From: Nemertoderma westbladi
Lineage: Eukaryota; Animalia; Xenacoelomorpha
Direction of reading: 5' to 3'
Assembly: GCA_032718475.1 (NCBI GenBank)
Contig: JAUCBJ010001616.1
Span: 62,001 to 126,000, forward strand
Length of the DNA stretch: 64,000 bases
Made by a program: the position numbers and the translations under genes. The notes beneath the pieces were generated by a model. That model had not been told where the DNA came from. It searched no databases and was given only the letters and a program-made list of their open reading frames with translations. Shown here in pieces: positions 25,633 to 38,779 of the stretch; within the stretch, counting starts at the first letter, position 1; each line of letters begins with the position of its first letter.

Positions 25633-28232
25633 TAGTGGGAGTGACAACCTTTGTGTAGGGGCTAAGACAGGAATGGAGGGGGCAATCCATGCTTTTAGGG
25701 AATTGCTTGCTGATAACAGGGGGACTGGATGGGGGATGTTGATGATTGATGCTCAAAACGCCTTCAACGCTGTAATCTGTAACTGGGGTGTGGAATGCTC
25801 GCATTCTCTGGCCATCATGTAGCCGCTGTTTGTTTAATAATGGTAATCCACCACTAATAGTGTGGGGAACTGTTGTGATCTTGTTTTCCAAGGAGGGAGC
25901 AACACAGGGTGATCCATTATCAATGAACTTTAATGCATGCTCTGTGCTACCTCTTATTAAGCTCTTACAACAATCGGATACCATACAGATATGGTATGAT
26001 GATAATTCTTCAGAAGGGGCCAGCTTGAAGCCAAAAAAATTTAGTGGCTAGTCAAAATTATAGAACTGGGACCATCCTATGGCTACTTCCCAGGGCCAGA
26101 AAAGTCTTTCATCATCATCATCAATGAGTGTGACTGCCAGGCTGCACAGGAGATCTTCTCCAATTATGTGGTTACAGTGGTTTGCAGCCACAGGTTCCAC
26201 AGGTTCATTGGTGGGAAGCAGGAAGAAACTGAGTATGTAAGGGCAAAAGTTAATTGCTGGATTGATGGGGTTAAGCGACTCGCTGAGATGGGTTCGATCG
26301 GTGCACCGGCACCGGTATTGCCGGTGTTTGGCACCACCGGCACCGGCACCTGCACCGGCAAAAACATTGCCGGTGCCGGTGTTTTTTTAAATTATTTGCT
26401 GCTGTTCAAATTGAAGCCTACTACAGTACCGGTACTGCAGACAGTCTGGCTAAGCTATCGGTCAGCTATAAGGCTATAGCTGTCTGACTGTCTACCGGTA
26501 CTGGACTGGTCTAGCAGTCTAGTGATAGTCAGATAGTGGCTGAGTGGTAGTGTAGTGCAGTAGTTTGTGATTGTGATGATATACGGTACTGTCAGGGTCA
26601 GCGGTCAGCCTGTCCTGTATTAGTGTTATACTGTTATATTATATTTATTCTGTTGATGTTATTATAAGCTCAGAAGCTTAAGCTATATCAGTCTGTCAGT
26701 ATATAGCCTGATAGCTGTATACAGGTATAGGTCAGTATGCTGGTAGGTACTGTTACCGGTAGCGGTAGGCCTACTTTTACTCATTTGTTTGTCTTTGTGT
26801 GCCTATATTGCTATAGGCCTATACAACAGATATATCAGTAGGCTTATGACTGTATGATATTGCTGTGGCAGCTGGTACTCCAAGATATATCATATATTAT
26901 TGTATATTACATGTCAGAATTTTTCTTTCAGAATTTCAAATAGAATTACGCCAATTGCTAAACATTTAAAAACACCGGCACCGGCACCGGCATTTACAAT
27001 GTTACACCGGCACCGGCACCGGCAAAATTTTGGCACCGATCTAACCCTATTTATCAGCATTATTGAAGTCACTTCTGAGCGAATGGTGGTACCTACAGTG
27101 AGTCACGCCTGATTGTTCTTTTTATTTTGCTCCACTGGAGCAGGCCATTCTAGACAATTTTTTACCAACAGTCACCAATGCACCTGTTGGTCCCCTTGAT
27201 CGACAACTCTACTCCCTTCCAGCACGAAAAGGAGGACTGGGTATACCTAATCCAACACAAACATGCAGGCTCGCAAGTAAGTCTTCTAAAGAAGGCACTA
27301 CTGTTGTGCAAGATGCAATCTCAGTCGACATCCTTACTCCACTCACGCCCATGAGCTAACATTAAAAGAAGCACAGGCTGAAAGACGACAGGTACAACGT
27401 AAATGTTATGAACAGTCATATAATGAGATAATATCAAACTTCTGAACATCACATCGTGAGAAAGCTAGGGCAGTGGAACTTGCAGTAGATGGCCTCGGTT
27501 TGGCTAGCAGTTCTGCCAATTGAGCACCAACAGTTCAATCTCTCATGTATCATGACCAACTCGCCTTGCGATATAGTCTGCCTATGGACTCTTTACATCA
27601 AGTTGTGATGGTGATGGTTATAGTGGGCCTTTCTCCTTAGACCATGCCCTGAATTGCAAATCAGATGGGGTTGTAGTGCAGTGGCACAATGAGGTCGGAG
27701 ATGCTCATGGGGACCTTGCTGCATTAGCATACACAGAAAAACGGCAGAACCAGTGGTTAGGGAGGCAATTTTGAAAATGGGGACCCAGAATTAAGGGCAG
27801 ATTTGCAGATCCGTGGAGTGTGGCAGCCACAGACAGAAGCATTGCTTGATTTTAAGATGAACCTTGATGCCAGAACATACATTGGCCGCAGTACAGCTGC
27901 AGTTCTTGCAAAATCAGAAGAAATAAAATGGAAATGCAAAATGCAAATGAAAAATAGAAATGCTCATGAAAAAAGGAGGGCTTCCTTTACCATGGTGTAC
28001 TCGATAGATGGTGTTGATGGAAGAGAGGCACAAAGATTTCTAAAGAATCTTGGGTGTCGACTGGTTACAAAGTGGGGCAAAGGCTATGGGGAGGTTATGG
28101 GATGGGTAGGGCACAACTTCAATTCACAATTATTCGGGCTACAGGTCACTCATTGACTTAACGGGTTGAGATCCAAATGGCGAAGTGGTTTAGGACTAGA
28201 GGATGCAGTAGGGATGAGACTATCAATGAAGT
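25633..28232 (+). mobile_element. Degenerate CRE-clade retrotransposon (RT and RLE)
   Basis: LCVGAKTGMEGAIHA, LIDAQNAFN, EGATQGDPLSM, IWYDD, HALNCK..HNEV and RADLQIRGVW motifs. Confidence 0.85.
26288..27049. mobile_element. hAT-like MITE inserted in the CRE element
   Basis: TIRs ATGGGTTCGATCGGTGC / GCACCGATCTAACCCTA; subterminal (ACCGGC)n repeats at both ends. Confidence 0.75.
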
Positions 28233-28671
28233 AATTCCGGCTTGGTAATTCATTTAAAAGGGTTTCTGAAGTAATGGCATACTGCACTGAAGCAGTCACT
28301 AACTTAATAACTATTGAATTAATTTATGCGAACCTATATATTTAAATAATTTATGTGTATATCTGCTTATTATTAACATAATAAAATGCTCACAGTAATA
28401 TGGGACTGGTTAGTTTATGCAAGTGAACTTTAAACTTTTTATTAATAATTTCCACAAGATGCACAAGATAATACTGTTTAAAGCATATAAGTATAATTTA
28501 GATATGATTTTAGGTATGATTTAGAGTTCGATAACAGGAAAATAACAATAACAACATATTATAAAATAAATACAATACAATTTGTGGTTGGTGGCTGACA
28601 CAGGAGATCCTATTAATTCAGCCACCAAAACAACTACAGTTACACTTACTTATGAAATAAATGGTGCATCC

Positions 28672-31325
28672 TAAATGGATGAACGTTAGTAACAAGCAGT
28701 AAGAAACTTGGTCAATGCATCAATTGGAGGAGTAGGAATTCTGCTAAGCCCATTTGCACTTAAGACCCTAAACAACATCAAATCTATAAATTCCAGGGTT
28801 ATGATCGCAACATTTGATGGGAATCCCAAGACAACAGTTATATGTTGCTACAGACATACCAATGCCTCAGAGCCAAAACAAGCAGTCAAGTTTTATGAAG
28901 ATCTGACTGGACTTATAAAGGACATTCCGAAACACAATGTTAAAGTCATTGTTGGTGACCTGAATGTGCAAATTAGCCCAGAAGACATCAAGGGTTACAC
29001 TTATAACACCAGTTCTAACAGAAATGGGTACTTACTTTTAGACCTAATGGAAGAATGTGAATTGATACAAACAAACAACACATTCGAAAAGAGTAAGGGG
29101 AAGCTATGGACCTTTCATTACCCTAATGGAACCAAAGCACAACTGGATTACATCCTTATAAACAAAAAGTGGATAAACAGCATGATCAACTGCGAGGCAT
29201 ACAGCTCGTTGAACCTAATTGGTTCAGGCCACAGAATTGTGACTGCAGAGAGCCAGACAGTTTGAGAGCCAGCAAACACAGGTCAAGCAAGCAAATTAAC
29301 TATGACTGGAAAAAACTCAGAACTGACAATGCAGTAAAGGATGCTTACACAATAGAAGTTCAAAACCGCTTTGAAGCACTTCAGTCAATGGATGAAGACC
29401 AATTCAATATACCAGAATATAATAACAGCCCACAAGGAATCAGCTAAGAGGCATATCCCCCAGAAACCCAAAGGAAAACATGCCATGGCAAAACTCTGAG
29501 GTTGCTTGTAAGAGAGAAGATCTTAAGATAGCCTACAAAGTTAAAACCGAACAACCAACAACCGAAAACATTAACAAGGTTGAGAAAGATAGGACGATCT
29601 TAAATTGGCCTACAACATCAGCCAGGAAAAGTACATACAGGATAAAACTGAAGCAATTATAACTGCTCACATACAGCAACAATCAAGACTTACCTGGCAA
29701 ACTGTACATGAGGTATCTGGTCGGAAAAGTTGTGCAATGGGGCGCCTCAAAGCCGATAGTCCTGAAGAATGTGTTTGGAAGTGGAAAAATCACTTCAGCA
29801 ACTTGTTTGGGCAGCCACCAAACCCAAACATCGAGATCAGCCCTACAAGGAAAATATATGACAAGATACTACCTATAGAAACAGGGGACTTCACACCTGC
29901 TGAACTCCAAAGAAGCATTATTAAAAGCATGTCCAATAATAAAGTGAGTGGATTAGATGAAATCCCAATGGAGGTATGGAAAACAGGAGTGCTAAACAGA
30001 CCATTATTGAATGTTTGCAACCAGATGTTAAAAGGGGAAAAGCCACCACCAATATGAACTAAAGGTCAACTAAATAAAGCCTCTCCCCAAGAAAGGAGAC
30101 CTTGGTATACCAACAAACTATCGTGGGATCTGTCTGCTTGTGGTAGCTGCCAAAATATACAATAAAATGATTCTATATAGGATAAGGCCTCACATAGAGA
30201 AACTACTGCGTAAGAGCCAAAACGGATTTCGACCAAATAGATCAACAATAGCTCAGATTCTTGCACGAAGGAGACTGGTTGAAGGAATTAAGTCAAAGAA
30301 TATCCCCGCAGTCATGAATTTTGTGAACTTCAAGAAGGCATTCGACTCCATCCATAGGGGTAAAATGCTTGAATTCCTAAGAGCTTATGGAATACCAGAA
30401 GTAATTGTCGCTGGCATTGGATTATTATACTGTGACACAGAAGCTCAGGTACTCTCACCAGATGGTGTAACTGAATTCTTCTCAATCGTGGCTGGCGCAA
30501 TGCAAGGTGACACAATAGCACCATTACTATTTGTAATTGTGCTGGATTACTCCATGAGGACGGCCACAAAGGGTGAAGATCTGGGATTCACAATTCAAGA
30601 ATGCAGAAGTAGTAGATATCCGGCAACTACAGTCACAGACCCCGACTTTGCAGATGACATCACCCTGCTCTCTAATATGCTAGCAGATGCACAGCTTCTA
30701 CTAAATAAAGTGGAGAGGGCTGCTAAGGAGGTTGGATTGCATATAAATGCTACCAAGACCGAATTCATGACCTTTAATGTTGATGGAAACTTGACACCCA
30801 TTGATAATAATCAACTAAGAAAGGTCGACGACTTCCAGTACCTTGGATCATGGATAGAGAGTAGCAAAAATGACATAGAAGTTAGGGAAGCAAAGGCTTG
30901 GGTAGCTCTATCAAAAATGGATACTAACTGGAAATCAAATCTCTCCAGGCACCTGAAGACTAAGTTATTTTGAGCCACAGTGGAAAGTGTATTTTAATAC
31001 GGGGGTGAGACCTGGACACTGACTAAATCACTTGAACAACGAATTGATGGTTGCTACACAAGACTACTAAGGGCAGCCCTAAACATCAGCTGGAGTCAAC
31101 AAATGATAAACGCCGAGCTTTATGGTACAATACCACCTGTATCAACCACCCTCCGTGAATGCAGATTAAGATTCAGTGGGCACTGCTGGCGAAGCAAAGA
31201 TGAGGTCATACCAGATCTACTTTTCTGGAAACCAACTCATGGAAAGCATAGTTGTGGACGACCAGCCATAACATATATAGATCAACTTGAAAGGGATACT
31301 GAACTTGGGAGAAACGAAATTACGA
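28672..31325 (+). mobile_element. Degenerate near full-length RTE LINE ORF (endonuclease and RT)
   Basis: GGVGILLS, VGDLN, QLDYIL, QNGFR, QGDTIAP, DFADD and RLRFSGHCWR motifs, broken by several frameshifts and stops. Confidence 0.95.
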
Positions 31326-31559
31326 CAACTATATTAAAATGTAGTAAATTGTTCCAGATGATTGGTGAAACTTGGAATATTTACTGTTCACGCACACAAA
31401 GTGAATTTCTTACTCTAAAACAATTTTGGGACTGCGAATTTCTAGTTTCAAACTTAAGGATAACTGAATCAGATGTGGTCAAGGAGGCCAGTATACCTCA
31501 ATTTTTGCTTATTTTATTGTTTATTCGAAAAATTTGATGTTTCCAGTTTAATTTTTCAT

Positions 31560-32040
31560 ATATAATAACACCTAAAACTTTAGCATGTTGAACACGTACT
31601 AATTCAATGTTGTTAATGGATAGAGGGTGTGATAATAAAGTGGATTTATTACCAGGTTGGAAAATTATATAGTTAGTTTTTTTAAATATTTAGTGACAAT
31701 CCATTATTAGCACAAAACCATGTATTGAGTTTAGCTAATTCGATATTTGCATTTTCAATCAATTTAGTACTGTCACAGTCTGCTAAAACTATATTTGTGT
31801 CATCTGATATCATTGACGTATATCAAAAATAATAGTGTACCCAGGATCGATCCTTGTTAACCCAATATTCTACATCTACCATATCTAATCTCTTTGTATG
31901 TATTGTTTGCTACATATTGATTCCTATTTGATAAACTTCTGATTCCATTTCAGTGGTGTTCCTTTGGTGCCAAACTGTTCCAGTTTTTTTAATAAAATCT
32001 AATTGTAAGAGCCTAGAATCTTATGTTATCCTACTGCGTC
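31560..32040 (-). mobile_element. Old CR1/L2-type RT fragment
   Basis: Minus strand reads QGSILGTLLFLIYVNDI at ~31855-31805. Confidence 0.6.
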
Positions 32041-32218
32041 TAAAATATTATTAATTCACTATTTATTAATAGTAAAACCATTAATAAAAAATAACAATAA
32101 CTAAAATACTATTTATTAATAAAAATTATTATTAATTAAAAAATTATGCCAAAAGGTACTGATAGCGGTTAGAATAACTAATAATAGTAACTGGCCATTT
32201 ATTTCTTTATTTTTATAG

Positions 32219-32895
32219 GTTATGGAGAGAATGTACCTGGTTCTGTGTTGGGGCGACAATTTACTATAGTCGTTGCTATATTTGGAATCCCTTTGACGAT
32301 TTATACATTAAACTCGTTCTCTGATATCCACAGATACATGGGGCGAGTCATAAACCTTGTTGTCAACCGAGTAATACCTTCAAGCGTATCACCACGAATA
32401 ATTGCTTCTACATCCGCTCTAGCACATATTGTCTTAAAATTTCTTACTATATTTGTGTTACCGGCGTTTCTATTCACGCGTATGGGTTATGGTTGGACAT
32501 ATGAAATTGCTTATTATACCACATTCATAACCTTCAGTACAATAGGTTTTGGAGACTATATACCACTCGAAGGTGGACTCCAACTCGAGGAGCATCTAGC
32601 ATCGGATTGGCGGCACTATGCAGTGTTATTTTTATTAATGGTTCTGATTCTGGCTGCATTATCCTATTTTTCTTCTCTGGTCAATGCAGTGGCGAGTGGT
32701 AGATGGCGACAGCAAATGGGGCTGCAGTTCCCAAATCATGAGCCAGAGGAAAGCAATGAGGCCAATACTGAGGATGAGCCATGTGAAAGTGTTAGTGGAT
32801 CGATGAATCGTAATATTCAGATTGCTGCAATGGAATTTACTGCTCACCAACAACAGAGTACTCAATCAGTATACATAAACAGTGTACACAATTAG
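32219..32895 (+). CDS. K2P paralog A, exon 3 (GYG, TM2, TM3, P2 STIGFGD, TM4); full protein 373 aa
   Basis: Acceptor ttttatag at 32218; G|GT TAT GGA completes TTIGYG; FGIPL; YYTTFITFSTIGFGDYIP. 322+123+677 nt = 374 codons, in frame. Confidence 0.92.
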
Positions 32896-33169
32896 GGTAC
32901 AGCAAAAGTGAACGTGATAATCAGCAAGATAAATAATGCATAAGTACTTGTTGTTTAAAGTCATATCTTTATTGTTTTTTTAAAACTCCATGCATGGTAA
33001 ATATTGTGTCTGAACAACAATATGTTCATATTTGTCCTGTTGATATTACCATGCAATATATAGATACTATTTTATGTTTGTATGTATTATGAAGCCCAGC
33101 TAGCACTACTCGTTTTATTACTTTCGTTATTTGTAATTATAGATTATAGTGACTAAGTCGTGCAAACCA

Positions 33170-33545
33170 CGACTATGACAGTGGAAATGTGATCCTTCCA
33201 GGCTTTCCAATTCTCCCTAGTTGTTGCAATTTCGTTACTCCCAAGTCCATTATAGTATCCCTTTCAAGTTGGTCTATTTATTTCATAGCCAGTCGTCCAC
33301 GGCTACAGTTTCCATGTCTTTTCCATTTTTGCTACTCTCTTTCCATGACCCAAGGTACTGGAAGTCGTCAACCTTCATTAGTTGATTGACATCAACTAAT
33401 GTCGATAACAATCAACTTAGCTGATTGTTATCGATTGTTGTCAAGTTTCAACATTAATATCAAAAGTGATGAATTCGGTCTTGATAACATTTATATGAAA
33501 TCCAACCTCTTTAGAAGCCATCTCTACTTTATTCAATAGAAGCTT
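33170..33545 (-). mobile_element. Degraded RTE fragment
   Basis: KVDDFQYLGSW and RGRLAMK-like segments homologous to 30700-31320. Confidence 0.7.
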
Positions 33546-34589
33546 TAAACGATGACTCATTTAAATTTAAATTACTTACAAGTCATGCGAAAAACTTACA
33601 ATCTCATGTGAATGACTTTCTAAGTCTTGCAAACAACTTACTAACTCGTGCAAACAACTTACTAAGTCGTGCAAAATGATGTAATATTTTGGTTATCTTC
33701 AGAATTGAAAATGAGAAAGTACATTCCCAGGGATTGAACCAGCGTCATATGTACGTTTCGGCCTATCAGGCCTCATCACTAACCAGTTCAGTCACTTCCC
33801 CCTTGACAATTACTCTCCCATCTAATCCGCTTTAATAACAAAAAATGTTGATTATCATAAAAACACCTAAAAAACAGCCTGAATGTGTAGGTGCCCGTGA
33901 ATGTGTGTGATCATATTCAGCGATATCTGATATCAGTGATATCAGTTATATAAATGGTGTGAGAACACCGGAATTACCAGTTCCAGGTTTGCACATTAAC
34001 AGATTGTAAAGTAGAGGTGAAAAGAGAGATGGAAATAGTAAGTAGTAAATAAGGCTTCTTAATGAGAACTATAAATATCATATACAACAATAGTAGTATA
34101 TAAATATATATATTTATGTTCAAGTATAATATATGGCAAGAGCTATTTATAGCAAATTCGTTAGCAAAGTGAATTTTATTAGTATTCCATGGATTAATGT
34201 TCTGTCTTTCAAACCCCTGGGATCCACCATCCAGAACATTTTCTCTATAAACATTAATAATGTTGGAATGCATGCAAGGACACGCAGTGGTACCTGAGCT
34301 TCTGTGTCACATAACACTCCAATGCCATCGACTAATCACTATAAGGTTGAAGAATAACTGCATTGTAACTGGGAAATATCGACAGAGACACATTTGTTAA
34401 TGTTTGTAGCTAAAAAATGAGAGCAAATATAAAAATTCTGACTCACCCACCGGTAACCATCCAGGATGTGTTATGTGAAACTATTTCTATTTCAATTTTA
34501 TGCAATCTTATTAAGATTTGTAGAAAAATTGTGAAAAATTGAAAAAATTTACCAGAATAATTCCAGGACATGGTGTATAAACGGACACA

Positions 34590-35150
34590 AGGTGTATAAA
34601 AGTACACTTTCTGCTGTGGCTAGAAAGAACATGGTCTTCAGGCTACAGGACGGGTCTGTTTTCCAGATTGTATTCATTTTTGATAGAGCTGCACTGCTCA
34701 TGTCTTTGCTTTCCTAACTTTTGTGTCTTTTTTTAAGGTACTAAGGTACTGGAAGTCATCAACTTTCCATAGTGGATTATTATTAATTTTGGACAAGTTT
34801 CCATTAACAGTTAAAGTCATGAATTTGTTCTTGATAGCATTTATATGCAATCTAACATCGCTAGCAGCCCTCTCCACTACATTCAGTTGAAGCTGGACAT
34901 CTACTAGTGTATTAGAAAGTAGGGTGATGTCTTCTGCAAAATCGGTGTCTGTGAATGTATTTTATGTAGTATGGCACCCAGAATTGAGATTAACTCACTT
35001 TCACTATCTGGTGAGATTACCTGAGCTTTTATGTACTATATAATAATCCAATGCCAATGACAATTACTTCTGCTCAATAATCTAATAAGCTAATCTAATA
35101 AGCTCTTAGGATTTCTATCATTTTACGCCTATGGATAGAGTTGAATCACA
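34590..35150 (-). mobile_element. Degraded RTE RT fragment
   Basis: TDTDFAEDITLLSN and ATAESVLLY-like segments on the minus strand. Confidence 0.7.
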
Positions 35151-35912
35151 TTAAAGTATTTAACGTCTTTCTCGCATTACAAATAAAGTTGTATGGATCC
35201 TTAAAATAGGATACCAATAGATAACAAACTGACTATCTGTTATAATGTGATTTAGCATTTTTAATTATTATTATTTATTTATTTGGCCTTGATGATGCGG
35301 ATATTCTCGTGAAAGTTATATGGGTGTCAGGGTGTTGTGGTGTCACAATTCAAAATTAGATTAAGACAATTCATAAGGATTTCATTATCCAGTGTCGATC
35401 TGGTAAAACAGTGATATTCATTCGTCAATATCTGAGCTGACCAGTTGAGAACACTACTTGTGAATCAATTGAGCCATCTCAGGTTTTTTCAATGCACTCC
35501 ATGCAACCATCTGCTTTGAATAATGTAACTACTTTCCATGTTTCTCAACTGCACACTACATCAATATGGAGAATACTTTCCTTGTTGTAGTAATTTGGCT
35601 TCAACATGTGGTCATCACCATTCTAAACACAATGAACATCGCCGTACTCCTATACAGATCATACATATATAATGGAATAAAGTTATTCAGAGTTTTTGTT
35701 AAAGTGAAAGTTTTTTCATATATAAATTAACCACTAATGAATCTTCATTATTTACATTTATAAACGTAATATTATAATGTAAATATAATATTTTGTATTA
35801 AATAATTACAATGAGATCAAAGAATACGGTAAATATGCATTTTTACAGTATTAATAATGTAAACTTTAGGTTCTTCAAAATTTATTACCAGTATTGATGA
35901 TGCAAGAATCCC

Positions 35913-36216
35913 ATGGTGGACAACTTGAAATTGATAAAGATGGAACGACAACACACTGAAGCTGAAAGTAAATACGTTATTGGCAGTACAAGCAGGATCA
36001 GGTCCATATGTGAAGTATTGCTAAAAAAGGCATTAATTGTATTATGTGTTGCTGCCTATATTACTCTTTGTGGCTGTGTTATGCATTTAGTTGAACAAAA
36101 ATATACAAAACCTGCATTGGAAGTTATACGAAATTCTAAGCTTGATGTAGCAAATATTGTCGAACGACTTGCTGTCGCTAAAAAGTGCGAATTAAAAAAC
36201 TATTCTAAGATACATG
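35913..36216 (+). CDS. K2P paralog B, exon 1
   Basis: TM1 ALIVLCVAAYITLCGCVMHLVE, cap Cys (KKCEL), donor G|gtgagt at 36217, phase 1. The start could alternatively be the Met of MERQH. Confidence 0.88.
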
Positions 36217-37289
36217 GTGAGTAAACTTATAGAAAAATAATAAGCAAATTAAATTAAACAAACTTGACCATAAGATATCAATACTGTCACTACTAATCAC
36301 CGGACATATGGACAAGTAACAGGGATGCGTTTGTAGTAGATACAGCATGTACATTGTACAATGTACAACTGCTATAGATCGTTCTAAAGCCCCGGGCATC
36401 ATTAGGTTAGGTACTTCATTGACTATAATAGGAAGGTTCACAGCGTTTTTAGTGAAAATAATTTAACGATATCATATATCATACGATATCAGTTACTGAT
36501 ATACAACTACACAAAATACTGATATCAATACATCCAGCAGTGAAATCTCGCCTACTACTTGTAGAATCAGCAACCTTTCTAATACAATCAGCTGTTGATA
36601 TTGATTGGCGTCACTGATTGGTCAACCATGTTATAACAAACAGCAACAGCCATGTGGTAGTTTTAATCGAGAAAAAGTGAGTAATTCGGTCGACAGCATC
36701 AACAGCTATTATCGATGTAATATAAGATCTTAACGGGTCGCGGAATGATTCCAGAATAGTGCATCTATTAAATTAAATCACTGTTTCGATAATGTTACTG
36801 GGTCAGGGTCACCATTATTTCATTATCTTCATTGTCAAAATAAAAGAATACGGATGTGTGTTGTGGTTTAGTGTGTCACATATTATCTCAAACTTCAATT
36901 CTTACTTTTCAACGAACCCTTTGACAATAGTTTAGTAAAGTAACAGAGATGATAAATAATAATTGTCACCAGTAAGCATTACAGATCTATATGGTCTTAT
37001 GGTCAGGTCAGGTATTCAGGTAATGCAGCATGCCGATCCTAGTAGTAGTACAGATCTTTTCACTGATTCTAAAAGAACTTTGGTACCCAAGTGTTTTGTT
37101 ATACATCAGATAGGTCCTTCCTATATATGGTATACAGACTGTTGTATATATTGGTGTAAACCCTACGCCGACCGATAATCAAAACCGACAAACATTATTG
37201 ACGCTAATTAATGTTAATAATCAATTGAGGGAAAGGTACATCTTACAGTGGATTGTTATTCTAACCAAAACAATAAACAATATCTCATT

Positions 37290-37490
37290 GAGTGAATCAG
37301 TTACAGATTTATATTTGTCATTTGTCGGCAATGGTTGTTGGCTGTCGGTTATCGGCATAGCTTTTATACCCCATATTTATCCAGTTTTTTGCTTGGACAT
37401 TATCCACTTAATCGACCGACACTTCAATGGAAACAATTGTTCCTCTATTGATAAGCTACTTTCTGGAGTTTATTTCGAATATGGATAAGC
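37290..37490 (-). mobile_element. Relic piggyBac transposase fragment in paralog B intron 1
   Basis: Minus strand reads PESSLSIEEQLFPLKCR...KLDKYG, resembling the IDEQL..R..KPDKYG first catalytic region. Confidence 0.55.
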
Positions 37491-37745
37491 CTGTCACTTG
37501 AACGTACTGATCTATTAATCTTGCTAATTTAAAAGTTGTAAGAAGTTTGGGCAAGAAAACTTTATTGGAAACTTGATAAGTTGTTATCAAGTTATATTCT
37601 GATTATTAATTTATTATGACTAAGTAAGTAATTAAGTTATTAATCCTATTAAATCACCATTAATCCTTGCATCCCGCTCAAACCCCATTCTGCTAACTGC
37701 TAATAATTGTTGTCTAATATATAATAACTGTTATATTATTTGCAG

Positions 37746-37868
37746 AATTTGCATCACAAATGCGAAAAGTAATTATTAAAAATGAAGGATATCGAGAAAA
37801 ATTTATGAATATGGGAGACGATCTACCTTATTCGTACTGGTTTATTTTCGAAGTAATAACCACAATAG
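37746..37868 (+). CDS. K2P paralog B, exon 2
   Basis: ttgcag acceptor; encodes EFASQMRKVIIKNEGYREKFMNMGDDLPYSYWFIFEVITTIG; donor gtaggt; 123 nt. Confidence 0.92.
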
Positions 37869-38014
37869 GTAGGTATGGGTTAATTAATAATACTGACGGA
37901 TAGTTGAGAAAATAATTTGTGATACTTTTCTGTAGTAAATACTGTTTTTAATACATTCTAAATGAACAGAAAGAAATGTATATATATATACATATTTATT
38001 TGTTTGTCCTTCAG

Positions 38015-38625
38015 GATATGGTGACGTGATACCTGGTTCTGTGTTGGGCAGACAATTGACAATTGTTATCGCTTTGTTTGGTATTCCACTGATGATTTAT
38101 ACACTGAATGCATTCCGAGGAATCCACACATTCATTGGTTATTGTCTAGACGAAGTTATGTTTCATTTAAAGCCAAAATGGCTAACAGTACAAATGAGCA
38201 CTGCGATCTCGGCAGTCGTCCATATAGTAACTTCCTATTTGCTTATATTTATATTGCCAGCGTTGTTATTCAAACGCATGGGATATAATTGGACTTACGA
38301 AATCGCTTACTATACAACATTTATAACGTACAGTACTATAGGTTTGGGTGATTACATCCCAGGGGATGAGGAAATACAGGAAACACCCGAGCAAAAAGCA
38401 GGATGGCATTCATTGGGAATTCTCTGGTCACTTATGGTGATGATGGTGGCGGCATTGTCATACTTTTCGTCATTAGTCAACGCGTTAGCTGGTGGTACCT
38501 TGAGGCAGCATCTGGGGCTGCATAAATGTAAGAAAGACCAGAGCCAAACCACCAGCTATTTCAATAACATAAGTGTTGGTCAGGATTCTGTCGACGACGC
38601 TTATCTCTTGTCGACGATATCGTGA
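38015..38625 (+). CDS. K2P paralog B, exon 3 (GYGD, P2 STIGLGD); full protein 345 aa
   Basis: cttcag acceptor; GYGDVIPGSVLGRQ..FGIPL..YYTTFITYSTIGLGDYIP. 304+123+611 nt = 346 codons. Confidence 0.93.
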
Positions 38626-38779
38626 AGTTTTTGATATATTTAAAAATTTGATGAGACTTCTAGTTTCCGAGATATAACAATTAATGTGTATTTGTATTTC
38701 CTTTCCATTATCGGGCACTAATGACCCATGCTACTGTACGTACATTTTTAATATACTAAACGAAACACATAACACAAAA

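Noticed and set aside
35285-35325. Second hammerhead-like motif CTTGATGA..GAAAG
   Set aside because: Core and stem II are too degenerate to support.
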